Assembly (NCBI GenBank): GCA_022701545.1 | Contig: JAKOOG010000235.1 | Location: forward strand, 1 to 49,900 | Source: Weeksellaceae bacterium | GTDB taxonomy: Bacteria > Bacteroidota > Bacteroidia > Flavobacteriales > Weeksellaceae | Direction: 5' to 3' | DNA: 49,900 nucleotides | Shown: in pieces, positions 37,525 through 47,752 of the stretch | Position numbering within the stretch: the first letter of the stretch is position 1 | How the letters are laid out: the number at the start of each line of letters is the position of its first letter | Translations under genes and position numbers: made by a program | The notes under the pieces: generated by a model | The model's input: the letters and a program-made list of their open reading frames with translations, nothing else | Databases searched by the model: none | What the model was told of the DNA's origin: nothing

Positions 37525-38136
37525 ATGATTCCAAATTTTAAAGCACATCCGTGGCATGGAGTTTCTGCAGGAGAAGATGCGCCGAATGTTGTAAATGTTT
37601 TCGTGGAGATCGTTCCTTCAGACACCATTAAATACGAAGTGGATAAAGAAACCGGATTTTTGAAGGTAGACCGCCCTCAGAAATTCTCCAATATTATCCC
37701 GGCATTATATGGATTTGTTCCGAGAACCTACTGCGATACTGCAGTAATGAATCTTGCCGTTGAAAGAGGAGCGACAGATGTTACGATGGGAGACCACGAT
37801 CCGCTTGATATCTGTGTACTGAGCTCGCACAACATCCACGCCGGCGGTTTATTGATGGAGGCTATTCCAATCGGGGGCTTTAAAATGATTGATGGAGGGG
37901 AAGCAGACGACAAAATTGTTGCTGTGATGATCGGTGACCATGCTTTCGGACATTTCAGAGATATTTCAGAATTGCCTGAGGCTGAAGTGAAACGATTAAT
38001 GCACTATTTCCTGACGTATAAAAACTTACCGGATGAGCCTGCAAAATGCAGAATCCAGGAAGTATACGGTGCTGAACATGCCAAAATTGTAATCAAGGCA
38101 TCTCAGGAAGATTACCTGAACAATTACGGAGGATAA
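37525..38136 (+). CDS. ppa: Inorganic pyrophosphatase (family I)
   Basis: HPWH, KYE, YGFVPRT, DHDPLD and DGGEADDK motifs. Confidence 0.93.
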   Translation: MIPNFKAHPWHGVSAGEDAPNVVNVFVEIVPSDTIKYEVDKETGFLKVDRPQKFSNIIPALYGFVPRTYCDTAVMNLAVERGATDVTMGDHDPLDICVLSSHNIHAGGLLMEAIPIGGFKMIDGGEADDKIVAVMIGDHAFGHFRDISELPEAEVKRLMHYFLTYKNLPDEPAKCRIQEVYGAEHAKIVIKASQEDYLNNYGG

Positions 38137-38157
38137 CAACAACCCTGTAGTATATAG

Positions 38158-38190
38158 AAAAGGATAAATGGAATTTCATTTATCCTTTTT
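38158..38190 (+). terminator. Intrinsic terminator
   Basis: AAAAGGATAAATG...CATTTATCCTTTTT. Confidence 0.8.
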
Positions 38191-38331
38191 CTTTACCATA
38201 AGCGGTCACATAATTCTGAGGATAAATAAACAAAAGCCGGCAGATAAAGCAATTTTAAATAAATTTTAAGCAGAACGGTTCTTCATTTTGTTTCAAAATA
38301 AATAAATTTGTAGTACAAAAGTTTATACAAA

Positions 38332-39873
38332 ATGTCTAAAAAAGCAATATTAGCGATCCTTGACGGATGGGGATTGGGAACCAATCCTAACGTTTCAGCA
38401 TTGGATAAAGCAAACACCCCTTTCATAGATAACTGCCTCAGGAATTTTCCAAATACCACCCTGGAAGCCAGCGGATTGGCGGTAGGCCTTCCTGCCGGAC
38501 AGATGGGGAATTCCGAAGTGGGCCACATGAACCTGGGAGCCGGAAGGGTAGTGTACCAAAACCTGGTAAAGCTGAATATGGCAGTGGAAAACGGATCGTT
38601 GGGCCAGCAGAAAGTGATTCAGGATGCTTTTGCTTATGCTAAGAGAGAAAATAAAAAAGTGCATTTCATCGGCCTGGTTTCCGACGGAGGTGTACATTCC
38701 CATATCAACCATTTAAAAGGCCTCATCACGGCCGCCCATGAATTCGGGCTGAATGAAAATGTCTTTGTTCATGCCTTTACCGACGGGCGCGACTGTGATC
38801 CGCATTCGGGGAAAGGATTTATTGAGGATCTTCAGAAACACATGGAACAGAATGTCGGAAGGCTGGCAACCGTGGTCGGACGATACTACGCGATGGACCG
38901 TGACAAGAGATGGGAGCGGGTAAAAATCGCTTATGATGCCATGGTGGAAGGCGTAGGTGCGCAGACAATGGATGCCTTGTCGGAAATTCAGAAATCATAT
39001 GATGAAAATATCACCGATGAATTCATGAAACCCATCATTATGGTCGATTCCACAGTCATTGGAAATGTGGTTCCCGTAGGGAAAATCAATGATCATGATG
39101 TGGTGATCTGCTTTAATTTCCGTACAGACCGTGGCCGTGAAATTACCGAAGTGCTTACCCAGCACGACAAACCGGAGTATTTCATGAGAAAATTGCCGCT
39201 GTACTATATTACTTTAACCAACTACGATAAAACGTTCCAAGACGTTCATGTGGTTTTTGATGAAGAAGTTCTCCATGAAACCATGGGTGAAATTTTGGAA
39301 AGGAACCACAAAACACAGATCAGGATTGCAGAAACGGAGAAATACCCCCATGTCACTTTCTTCTTTTCAGGAGGAAGGGAAGAGCCGTTCAACGGAGAAA
39401 AAAGACTGCTTTGCCCGAGTCCTAAAGATGTCCCGACTTACGACCTTAAGCCTGAAATGTCTGCCTACGATATTACGAATGCGATTATTCCGGAGCTGGA
39501 ACATGAAACAGCGGATTTCATCTGCCTGAATTTTGCCAATACCGATATGGTAGGCCATACAGGGGTCTTCGAAGCCGCAGTAAAAGCAGCGGAAACCGTA
39601 GATAAATGCATCGAAAAAGTAGCGACAACCGCTTATGAGCATGGCTATGCTGTCTTCATCCTTGCCGACCACGGGAACTCCGATGTAATGATCAACCCGG
39701 ACGGATCGCCAAATACCCAGCACTCCACCAACCTGGTTCCTTTCATCGTAATGGATAAGGACCGGACCTGGAACCTGAAGCCAGGAAAACTCGGAGATGT
39801 CGCCCCGACCATCCTTAACGTAATGGGGGTTGAAATTCCTGAAATAATGAATGGAGATATCCTGGTTAGCTAA
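38332..39873 (+). CDS. gpmI: 2,3-bisphosphoglycerate-independent phosphoglycerate mutase
   Basis: ILDGWG, MGNSEVGH, DGGVHSH, AETEKY, DMVGHTG and DHGN motifs. Confidence 0.97.
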   Translation: MSKKAILAILDGWGLGTNPNVSALDKANTPFIDNCLRNFPNTTLEASGLAVGLPAGQMGNSEVGHMNLGAGRVVYQNLVKLNMAVENGSLGQQKVIQDAFAYAKRENKKVHFIGLVSDGGVHSHINHLKGLITAAHEFGLNENVFVHAFTDGRDCDPHSGKGFIEDLQKHMEQNVGRLATVVGRYYAMDRDKRWERVKIAYDAMVEGVGAQTMDALSEIQKSYDENITDEFMKPIIMVDSTVIGNVVPVGKINDHDVVICFNFRTDRGREITEVLTQHDKPEYFMRKLPLYYITLTNYDKTFQDVHVVFDEEVLHETMGEILERNHKTQIRIAETEKYPHVTFFFSGGREEPFNGEKRLLCPSPKDVPTYDLKPEMSAYDITNAIIPELEHETADFICLNFANTDMVGHTGVFEAAVKAAETVDKCIEKVATTAYEHGYAVFILADHGNSDVMINPDGSPNTQHSTNLVPFIVMDKDRTWNLKPGKLGDVAPTILNVMGVEIPEIMNGDILVS

Positions 39874-39897
39874 AAATTTAATAAAATGATACCACAC

Positions 39898-39929
39898 TTG
39901 CCGTTATGATATTCATGACGGCAATTTTT
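39898..39929 (+). terminator. Intrinsic terminator
   Basis: TTGCCGTTATG...CATGACGGCAATTTTT. Confidence 0.7.
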
Positions 39930-40016
39930 ATGACGAATATCAGAAGAATTAACATAACATTATGTCTTAAATAATAAAGAAAACTCTAACTTTGTCATTT
40001 AATCTAAATTCTAAAA

Positions 40017-40997
40017 ATGTATCAGCAGCTCGTAAGAAAAGAAGTAATGGGAATTTTGGAAAAGGAGGTCGGTTCTTTTCTGGATAAATTTTTAACGCCA
40101 ATTGAAAAAATCTGGCAGCCTTCCGATTATCTTCCGGATCCTTCCAGCGAGAATTTCAAATACGATTTAGAAGAGATCCAGACTTTCGCAAGAGAAATGC
40201 CTTACGACCTTTTCGTAACCCTTATCGGCGACTGTATTACGGAAGAAGCTTTGCCTTCTTACGAATCATGGCTGATGGGAGTAGACGGCGTTGATCAGGA
40301 GCAAAAGGAGATCGGCTGGGCCAACTGGGTGAGAGCCTGGACGGCTGAAGAAAACCGTCACGGGGATCTTTTAAGCAAATACCTTTATCTGTGCGGAAGA
40401 GTGAACATGCGGGAAGTTGAGGTAACGACCCAGTATCTGATCAATGACGGTTTCGATCTGGGGACAAGTATGGATCCTTACCGTAACTTTGTATACACCA
40501 GCTTTCAGGAAACCGCTACCAATATCTCCCACAGGAGGGTAGGTACGCTGGCCAAGCAGTCCGGAAACGGAAAACTGGCTAAGATGTGCGGGGTAATTGC
40601 TGCCGACGAAGCCCGACACGCAAAAGCCTATAAACATTTTGTGGTGAAAATTTTAGAAATCGATCCTTCCGAAATGATCCTTGCCTTCGAAGATATGATG
40701 CGTAAAAAAATCGTAATGCCGGCCCACATGATGAGGCAGTCCGGGCAGAAAGCGGGAGAGCTTTGGGGACATTTCTCGGATGCGGCACAACGTTGTATGG
40801 TCTATACCGGGCAGGATTACATCAACATTATGAAAGAACTCCTGGATGAGTGGAAAATCGAGCACGTGAAGGGGCTGAATGAAAAAGCGGAAAAAGCGCA
40901 AGAATACCTGATGAAACTCCCAGCAAGGCTTCAGAAAATTACGGACCGGATTTCAACGCCGGATCTTCAGTTCCAGTTTAATTGGGTGAAGAGCTGA
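40017..40997 (+). CDS. Acyl-ACP desaturase (soluble di-iron)
   Basis: WQPSDYLP, TEEALP, WTAEENRHG, SFQE and DEARH motifs. Confidence 0.93.
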   Translation: MYQQLVRKEVMGILEKEVGSFLDKFLTPIEKIWQPSDYLPDPSSENFKYDLEEIQTFAREMPYDLFVTLIGDCITEEALPSYESWLMGVDGVDQEQKEIGWANWVRAWTAEENRHGDLLSKYLYLCGRVNMREVEVTTQYLINDGFDLGTSMDPYRNFVYTSFQETATNISHRRVGTLAKQSGNGKLAKMCGVIAADEARHAKAYKHFVVKILEIDPSEMILAFEDMMRKKIVMPAHMMRQSGQKAGELWGHFSDAAQRCMVYTGQDYINIMKELLDEWKIEHVKGLNEKAEKAQEYLMKLPARLQKITDRISTPDLQFQFNWVKS

Positions 40998-41025
40998 TTT
41001 TAAAATATAATTAACTAAAAAGTTA

Positions 41026-41053
41026 GGAGTGCTGAGTATTTTAGCACTCTTTT
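41026..41053 (+). terminator. Intrinsic terminator
   Basis: GAGTGCTGA...TTAGCACTCTTTT. Confidence 0.7.
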
Positions 41054-41087
41054 ATTTTTGTATCTTTGCATTTCAAAAATATTCAAT

Positions 41088-41519
41088 ATGATGAATAATA
41101 AGAAAATTGCCGTAGACTTTGATGGGACGATTGTTGACGACGCTTATCCGGCAATCGGCAAACCGAAAATTTTCGCCTTTGAAACTTTAAAGAGACTTCA
41201 GTCTGAAGGATACCGGCTGATTTTATGGACATACAGACACGGGAAAACCCTGGATGAAGCCGTAGAATTCTGTAAAAAAAACGGGATTGAATTTTATGCC
41301 GTTAATTCAAGCTTTGAAGGAGAGGTTTTTGATTCCGCTAGCCAGTCGAGAAAACTGGATGCAGACTGGTTTATCGACGACAGGAACCTGGGCGGTTTCC
41401 CGGGATGGGGTGAAATCTATAACATTATTCAGGACAGAATCGAATTCAGGGTAGAAGGAAAGGAAGTTCTGGCGTACTCCAAACTAAAAAAAGAAAAGAA
41501 AAAAGGATTGTTCTGGTAA
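41088..41519 (+). CDS. BT0820-family HAD-type phosphatase
   Basis: AVDFDGT, ILWTYR and FIDDRN motifs; TATCTTTG element at 41061-41068. Confidence 0.88.
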   Translation: MMNNKKIAVDFDGTIVDDAYPAIGKPKIFAFETLKRLQSEGYRLILWTYRHGKTLDEAVEFCKKNGIEFYAVNSSFEGEVFDSASQSRKLDADWFIDDRNLGGFPGWGEIYNIIQDRIEFRVEGKEVLAYSKLKKEKKKGLFW

Positions 41520-41530
41520 GAATAATCTGA

Positions 41531-41607
41531 TAATGTATCAGTGTAACAAAATACCTGTTTTTAATTCGTTATTGTTGCATTGCTAGATTTATAAATGGTT
41601 ACATTAT
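41531..41607. repeat. Inverted 8-mer array (AATGTAAC/GTTACATT type)
   Basis: AATGTATC AGTGTAAC ... ATTGTTGC ATTGCTAG ... GGTTACATT. Confidence 0.5.
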
Positions 41608-41610
41608 TTT

Positions 41611-42420
41611 ATGATTCAGTTAAAAACAATAGACGAATTGCGTCTGATGAAGCAGAGTGCCCAATTGGTTTCCAGAACATTGGGAATGCTGGCGAAGGAA
41701 ATTAAGCCGGGAATCACTACTCTGTATTTAGATAAATTAGCACACGACTTCATCAAAGATCATGGTGCGGAGCCTGCCTTCTTAGGATACGGAGGGTTTC
41801 CTTATTCCCTGTGTATTTCTCCGAACGAGCAGGTGGTACATGGTTTTCCGAACAAAGAAGAAATTAAGGAAGGGGATGTGCTTTCCGTTGACTGCGGGGC
41901 GATCTTAAACGGATTTGTGGGAGATCATGCGTATACTTTCGAGATCGGTGAAGTAAAGCCCGAAACCCAAAAACTGCTGAAAGTTGCCAAAGAATCTTTG
42001 TACAAAGGAATTGAGCAATGTGTAAGAGGAAAAAGGATCGGTGATATTTCACATGCGATTCAGGCACACTGCGAGAAAGAAGGATATGGGGTCGTAAGAG
42101 AACTTGTGGGCCACGGCGTAGGAAGGCAGATGCATGAAGACCCTCAGGTTCCCAACTACGGAAGACAGGGGAGCGGAAAGGTTATCAAGGACGGTCTCAC
42201 GATCGCTATCGAACCGATGATCAACCTGGGTACCGAAAAAGTGAAATTCCATAATGACGGATGGACGGTGACCACCCTGGACAATCAGCCATCAGCCCAT
42301 TTTGAGCATGATGTGGCTGTCATCAACGGAAAACCGGTTCTGCTTTCGACGTTCCAGTACGTTTATGATGCACTGGGAATCGTAAGCGATGAAGAAAAAG
42401 CGTTCCAACTGGATTTTTAA
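41611..42420 (+). CDS. map: Methionine aminopeptidase type I
   Basis: VVHG, GHGVG..HEDP, AIEPM and SAHFEH motifs. Confidence 0.96.
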   Translation: MIQLKTIDELRLMKQSAQLVSRTLGMLAKEIKPGITTLYLDKLAHDFIKDHGAEPAFLGYGGFPYSLCISPNEQVVHGFPNKEEIKEGDVLSVDCGAILNGFVGDHAYTFEIGEVKPETQKLLKVAKESLYKGIEQCVRGKRIGDISHAIQAHCEKEGYGVVRELVGHGVGRQMHEDPQVPNYGRQGSGKVIKDGLTIAIEPMINLGTEKVKFHNDGWTVTTLDNQPSAHFEHDVAVINGKPVLLSTFQYVYDALGIVSDEEKAFQLDF

Positions 42421-43188
42421 ATGAAAAAAGTTACCAAACTTTTACTGAATAAAATTCCCCGCCCGGTGCTGATCAAAATAAGCATCTGGGCGCGGCCGCT
42501 TATTTACCAGTTTTTTAAAGGTGATAAGTTTGTTGATCCCATCGACGGAAAGTCATACAGGAAATTTCTCCCGTACGGCTATGGTAGCCAGAGGGAAAAC
42601 GCCCTATCTCCGGGAACATTAAGTCTGGAAAGACATCGCCAGATGTGGCTTTATCTCCAGAACGAAACCGATTTCTTTATCAGGAATTATAAAGTTTTAC
42701 ACATCGCTCCCGAACAGGAATTTTTACGGAAATTTAAAAAGATGCGGAATCTCGATTATATTTCTGCCGATCTGTATTCTCCGATTGTGGATGTAAAAGC
42801 GGATATTCTGGATCTTCCTTTCGCCGACGAGAGCTTTGATGTGATCTTCTGCAACCATGTGTTGGAGCATATTGAAGACGATTCCAGGGCAATGAGTGAA
42901 CTGTACAGGATCCTGAGACCGGGAGGCTGGGGAATCGTACAGGTTCCGATGAAAAACGCGCTGGAAAAGACCTATGAAGATTTTACCATCAAGGATCCGA
43001 AAGAACGCCAGAAGCATTTCGGACAGTACGACCACGTCCGCTGGTACGGAATGGATTACTTTGAACGCCTGAAAAAGGCAGGGTTTGAAACAGATGTCAA
43101 CTTTTATTCGCAGACTTTTTCCGAAGAAGAAATCAAAAAATACGGACTCAGGAAAAATGAAATCCTTCCTGTTATCTATAAAAAATAA
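42421..43188 (+). CDS. Class I SAM-dependent methyltransferase
   Basis: LHIAPE, LPFADESFDVIFCNHVLEH and LRPGG motifs. Confidence 0.9.
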   Translation: MKKVTKLLLNKIPRPVLIKISIWARPLIYQFFKGDKFVDPIDGKSYRKFLPYGYGSQRENALSPGTLSLERHRQMWLYLQNETDFFIRNYKVLHIAPEQEFLRKFKKMRNLDYISADLYSPIVDVKADILDLPFADESFDVIFCNHVLEHIEDDSRAMSELYRILRPGGWGIVQVPMKNALEKTYEDFTIKDPKERQKHFGQYDHVRWYGMDYFERLKKAGFETDVNFYSQTFSEEEIKKYGLRKNEILPVIYKK

Positions 43189-43222
43189 AAGAGATGCCTT
43201 CGATCTGAAGGCATCTCTTTTA
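43186..43222. terminator. Intrinsic terminator
   Basis: TAAAAGAGATGCCTTC...GAAGGCATCTCTTTTA. Confidence 0.85.
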
Positions 43223-43451
43223 TTTTAATTTTGATGTAATAAAAGCTGAATGATACAAATCACTGTTATCTCCTGTTTAGTTTAAAGATATTGGCTTTAC
43301 ATCACGGGAATGCACAGTGTGAATACTCGTCTCCCTCCAATAGGTAAAAAAAATTCAAAAAATTTTTGGCGGTGTGCTTACAGGTGACTGTAATAGGCAC
43401 TATCAGTATCTTTGGTGACTATTGTACTTAGTGAAAGTTCAGAAATATACA

Positions 43452-44160
43452 TTATTTATTCTTTAATAAACTTCTGCGCCGGATATTTTCGGATTGAATA
43501 ATATATGTTCCCTTTACCAGCCGGCTAACATCTATATTCAGCTTTGTATCCTCACTGTGGGCTTCCAGAACAATTCTTCCGGAAAGATCGGAAATTTTCA
43601 CATCAGAACCTTTCAGTAATCCTTCCGGATTCAATTCATTTTTTTACTGGATTCGGGTAGATTGAAAACGGTTTTTTTAGGATGCTTTCATTCATCCCGA
43701 GAAATCCGGAATTGTTGTAAAAGATCTGGTTGCCGTTACCGGAATTGATAATGATAAGGGTTTTCAGCGTGCCGGAGGTAAGGATCTGGTAATTGAATAC
43801 CGCTCCTGTTCCGGAATAAAAATAAAAATTACAGTTGGTCTGGTCATAGGCGTGTGCTGCTACGGCTTTGCTTCCGTTATAAAATCGCCATGGTACATCC
43901 GCCACCTTGTCTGGTGAAGCTGTCTGATGTCGCGGAAAAAGTAATCGTTGAGGCCGACGAATTATAATACCTGGATTGGAATTGATAACCCGTTCCTGAA
44001 CTGGTAAATACAGAAGTGCCTGCAGGTACCTGCACCAGCGGACTGATGGTTGTCTGATTATTGATTACTATTTTGGAGATCTACCAGCTGTTGCTGAATA
44101 ATTCCGGGCTCTGGGCACATAAGATGCCACCTGAAAACAGAAGAAATAAAATTTTTTCAT
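43452..44160 (-). pseudogene. Degraded T9SS type A CTD-bearing secreted protein
   Basis: Signal peptide readable only across a frameshift (MKK/ILFLLFSGGILCAQSP); in-frame stop in SNSW*ISKIVIN; CTD split between ORFs SIYPNPVK and ISDLSGR..IDVSRLVKGTYII. Confidence 0.75.
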
Positions 44161-44449
44161 GGATATAATTTTTCACAAATATATGATAAGAATAAAGAAA
44201 AACCGTTTTCAAAAAGTGAAAACGGCTTCGCTGTAAAGCATTTAACAAGATTAAATTACAGGCGAATTCGATGATATCTGTTTATTTTTCAGTATTTAAA
44301 AAAGAGTAGAGGAAAAATCAGTTGACAATCAAAACTCTCAGTAGTATCTTAAGCCAACATGCTTCCAACATCCGGCATTCCTCTTCCAGCCTTTTTTAAC
44401 ACAGTTTGTACTTCGAGTTCACGTTAAATTATAAATTAATGAGGCATAT

Positions 44450-44779
44450 TTAATGTGAAGACACTGCTTTCAGCCCGATCACTGAGCCGATCAGTGTAAT
44501 GATGAAAAAGATTCTCCAGAAAGTTACCGGGTCTTTAAAAAGGAAAATTCCCATCAGCGCCGTTCCTACGGCACCGATTCCCGTCCATACGGCGTAGGCC
44601 GTCCCGATCGGCAGGGTCTGGGTGGCTTTGATCAGCAGAAGCATGCTGACCGTCAGGGAAATCAGAAATCCGGCAAACCAGAAATACATGGCAGTTCCAT
44701 GCGTTTCTTTTACTTTTCCGAGACAAGACGCAAAAGCGACCTCAAATAAACCCGCGATAACCAAGATGATCCAATTCAT
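44450..44779 (-). CDS. sugE: SMR/DMT family small multidrug resistance transporter (SugE/Gdx-like)
   Basis: AGLFEV and LPIGTAYAVWTGIG motifs; four TM helices; 109 aa. Confidence 0.85.
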   Translation of the reverse strand: MNWIILVIAGLFEVAFASCLGKVKETHGTAMYFWFAGFLISLTVSMLLLIKATQTLPIGTAYAVWTGIGAVGTALMGIFLFKDPVTFWRIFFIITLIGSVIGLKAVSSH

Positions 44780-44828
44780 TTGTACTGATGTTTCTCAGGC
44801 AAAGTTCAGGATTTAAAAAGGATTAAAA

Positions 44829-44844
44829 TTTTACAATTGTTAAA
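44829..44844. promoter_or_regulatory. Putative Crp/Fnr-family binding palindrome
   Basis: TTTTACAATTGTTAAA centred about 30 bp upstream of the GAACTTTG -7-like element (44800-44807, minus strand). Confidence 0.5.
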
Positions 44845-44908
44845 AAATAAAAGGCATCAGCATAAAATCCCTATACTTCCAAAGCCTTCTATTCTCTAAC
44901 TCTCCAGC

Positions 44909-45487
44909 TCACTTAATCTCCGCCCGGATTCTGCTTAAGCTGACCTGTGCAATTCCCAGATAGGAAGCGATGTGTCCCAGCTGAACACGCTTCAGAAGGT
45001 CAGGCTTAGTACTCATCAGATCTTTATACCGTTCCAAAGCGGTTTTAAACTGTCTTGAAATAATCAGTTCCTCCGTTTTCACAAGCTCACGTTCAGCAAA
45101 TTTCCGGCCCCAGTTGGCTATATGGATATCTTCGTTGTATAACTGTTTCAGATCCGCGGTTTTCAGCTTATACAATTCGCAGGGCTCGAGCAATTCTATG
45201 TTTTCGTAGCCCGGGTTGTTTTCCACGTAACTTTTCATAGAAACCACCGGTTCCCCTTCGCTTCCGAACCAGAACGTGATGTCTTTCTCTTCCGCAGAGG
45301 CATACGCACGGACAATCCCTTTTTTAATAAAATAAATAAACGGAACAAATTTCCCGGATTCCATCAGAGAGAAATTCTTGGGATAAGAAACTTCCTCAAT
45401 GGATTCTTTCAGGCTGAGTTTGGACGAATCAGGAAGAGGGTAAATGCGGTCTAGGATTTCGTCAATGTTCATTTTTGTTTGGGTCAT
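44909..45487 (-). CDS. Crp/Fnr family transcriptional regulator
   Basis: cNMP-binding domain (FIKKGIVR) and C-terminal HIASYLGIAQVSLSRIR HTH. Confidence 0.92.
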   Translation of the reverse strand: MTQTKMNIDEILDRIYPLPDSSKLSLKESIEEVSYPKNFSLMESGKFVPFIYFIKKGIVRAYASAEEKDITFWFGSEGEPVVSMKSYVENNPGYENIELLEPCELYKLKTADLKQLYNEDIHIANWGRKFAERELVKTEELIISRQFKTALERYKDLMSTKPDLLKRVQLGHIASYLGIAQVSLSRIRAEIK

Positions 45488-45574
45488 ATCTCAAAAATAT
45501 CGGTTTTCCCGCTTTCGGTAAAGCTAATATTCATCAATTTTAAAATTATTTTAAAAAATTATTAAAATAATTAA

Positions 45575-45590
45575 GGATAAACGTTTAACC
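45575..45590. promoter_or_regulatory. LacI-family operator 1
   Basis: GGATAAACGTTTAACC near-palindrome with central CG. Confidence 0.7.
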
Positions 45591-45813
45591 AAAATTAGAA
45601 CTAATGCTAAGGAGGCTGTTCATATTAAATTAACAATAAATTTAAATACAAAAAGGGTTTTTGGTTAAAGTGCAGATAATTAGTATTTTAAGTAAAGGGA
45701 TGGCTTAATTTAAAAAAAGCGCGAAAGTACAATAAATTTCCTTTCCGTCCCAAAAAACAGGGCTATTGTTTTATATGCTTTTTATGAAATATTTTTGCTG
45801 TGAAAATAACTGT

Positions 45814-46812
45814 ATGAAAAGAGCTTCCATTAAAGACATAGCCAGAATTGCCGGTGTTTCCGTGGCAACGGTATCCTATGTCCTGAACAAAAAAGAAGGA
45901 AGCCGCATCAGCAATACGACGAAAGAGAAAATTCTTGAAGTCGCCCGGTCCATTAATTATACCCCCAACAAAATTGCCAAGAGCTTAAAAATGAGCAAGA
46001 GTAAACTGATCGGTCTTATCGTTGCAGATATTTCCAATGATTTTTACTCGAACATTGCCCGTAACATTGAAGACGAGGCGATGAAGCTCGGTTACACGCT
46101 CCTGATCGGAAGCTGTGATGAAAATCCTGAAAAATTTAAAAAACTGACCGAACTTTTTTCGGAACAGCAGGTCGACGGGATGATCGTTGCCCCGGTCGTA
46201 GATTCCGATGATGCCATCAACAAACTGATCGCCGAAGAATATCCGATCGTGACCATCGACCGTTACCTGAAAAACGTAAGCCTCCCGGGGGTGATGATCA
46301 ACAATGCAGAAATTTCGGCCCATATCTGTGACCAGCTTACTGAAAAGGGTTTTGATGAAATTATTTATGTAGGCTACGATACCGAACTTCCGCATCTGCT
46401 CGACAGGCAGGAAGGATTTGAAAAGAGAATTGCAAAATCAGATATTCCACTGAAAAGTGTTCTTATCGGCATCCAGAATATAACGGAAGAAGTAAATGAG
46501 AAGCTTAACAAAAGCATCGACCTGAAGAAAAGAACCGCCATTTACTTTTCCAGCAACAAACTGGGAATTGCCGGACTGAGATACCTGAACGACCATCAGA
46601 TACAGGTTCCTGAACAGGTTTCCGTAATTGCATTCGATGAAACGGAAGCCTATCATCTGTTCCCGACCGATATCAATTTTGTGCAACAGCCGCTGATCGG
46701 CATGGCAAAAGAATCCGTAAAGCTCCTGGACAATCAGATCAATCATTATACACCCGATGGAGAAAGAATTACACTCCAGGCAAAATACATGGAACGCAAT
46801 TCCGTACAATAA
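45814..46812 (+). CDS. LacI family transcriptional regulator
   Basis: SIKDIARIAGVSVATVSYVLN...YTPNKIAKSL; start at MKRAS. Confidence 0.94.
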   Translation: MKRASIKDIARIAGVSVATVSYVLNKKEGSRISNTTKEKILEVARSINYTPNKIAKSLKMSKSKLIGLIVADISNDFYSNIARNIEDEAMKLGYTLLIGSCDENPEKFKKLTELFSEQQVDGMIVAPVVDSDDAINKLIAEEYPIVTIDRYLKNVSLPGVMINNAEISAHICDQLTEKGFDEIIYVGYDTELPHLLDRQEGFEKRIAKSDIPLKSVLIGIQNITEEVNEKLNKSIDLKKRTAIYFSSNKLGIAGLRYLNDHQIQVPEQVSVIAFDETEAYHLFPTDINFVQQPLIGMAKESVKLLDNQINHYTPDGERITLQAKYMERNSVQ

Positions 46813-46828
46813 AAAAATTTAAATCTTT

Positions 46829-46844
46829 AATTAAACGTTTAACC
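46829..46844. promoter_or_regulatory. LacI-family operator 2
   Basis: AATTAAACGTTTAACC with a perfect TTAAACGTTTAA core, just before the kinase ATG. Confidence 0.7.
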
Positions 46845-46846
46845 TT

Positions 46847-47752
46847 ATGATCAATAATAAAAAACCGTATGTCGTGTGTTTCGGGGAAGTGCTTTGGGAT
46901 ATTTTCCCCAAAGGTTCCAGAGCAGGGGGAGCGCCCTTCAATGCGGCCTACAACATCCATAAAATGGGTACCGATGTAAAAATGCTGAGCAGAATAGGAA
47001 ATGATGAACTCGGTCACAAGCTGGAAGATCAGATCAAAAGCTGGGGCATCACCACGGAATATATCCAGATTGATGATGAGAAGCCGACCAGTACCGTGCT
47101 GGCAAAAATCGATCAGCATAATGAGGCAACCTACGAAATCATCAACCATGTAGCATGGGATTACATCGAGGTTCTTCCTGAACATAAAGAACTTGTTTCC
47201 AATGCAGAGGCGTTTGTTTTCGGAAGCCTTTCTGCCAGGAATGAAAAAACAAGGGATACCCTTCTTCAGTTGCTGGAATTTGCCAAGCTGAAAATTTTTG
47301 ATGTGAATTTCAGGCCGCCTTTTATTGATGTTGAATTAATAAAAACCCTTTTGCATAAAGCCGATATCGTCAAGATGAATAAAGCGGAAATGCGGGAAAT
47401 CATGGCCTATTTCGGGGAAGAGTACAGAAGCGAAGACGAAAGTGCGGCATTTATCCGGAATCATTTTAATATTAAGGAGATCGTTCTTACAAAAGGCAGC
47501 AAAGGCGCAAGATATTTTGTCGGAAGCAACAACTATGGGTTTGAGGCGGTCCCGATCACCATTGCAGATACGGTAGGAAGCGGAGACGCTTTTCTTTCAG
47601 GATTTATCTCAAAAAGAATTAAAGGTGCCGGTGCAGAGGAAATCATGAACCAGGCTATTTCCTTAGGCGCATTTATTACTTCCAAACCGGGAGCGTGCCC
47701 GGAATATGACCCATCTGAATTTAACAACTTTAAAATTCAGCATACCGTATAG
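46847..47752 (+). CDS. PfkB family carbohydrate kinase (fructokinase-like)
   Basis: FGEVLWD, GGAPFN, FDVNFR, KMN and DTVGSGDAF motifs. Confidence 0.92.
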   Translation: MINNKKPYVVCFGEVLWDIFPKGSRAGGAPFNAAYNIHKMGTDVKMLSRIGNDELGHKLEDQIKSWGITTEYIQIDDEKPTSTVLAKIDQHNEATYEIINHVAWDYIEVLPEHKELVSNAEAFVFGSLSARNEKTRDTLLQLLEFAKLKIFDVNFRPPFIDVELIKTLLHKADIVKMNKAEMREIMAYFGEEYRSEDESAAFIRNHFNIKEIVLTKGSKGARYFVGSNNYGFEAVPITIADTVGSGDAFLSGFISKRIKGAGAEEIMNQAISLGAFITSKPGACPEYDPSEFNNFKIQHTV

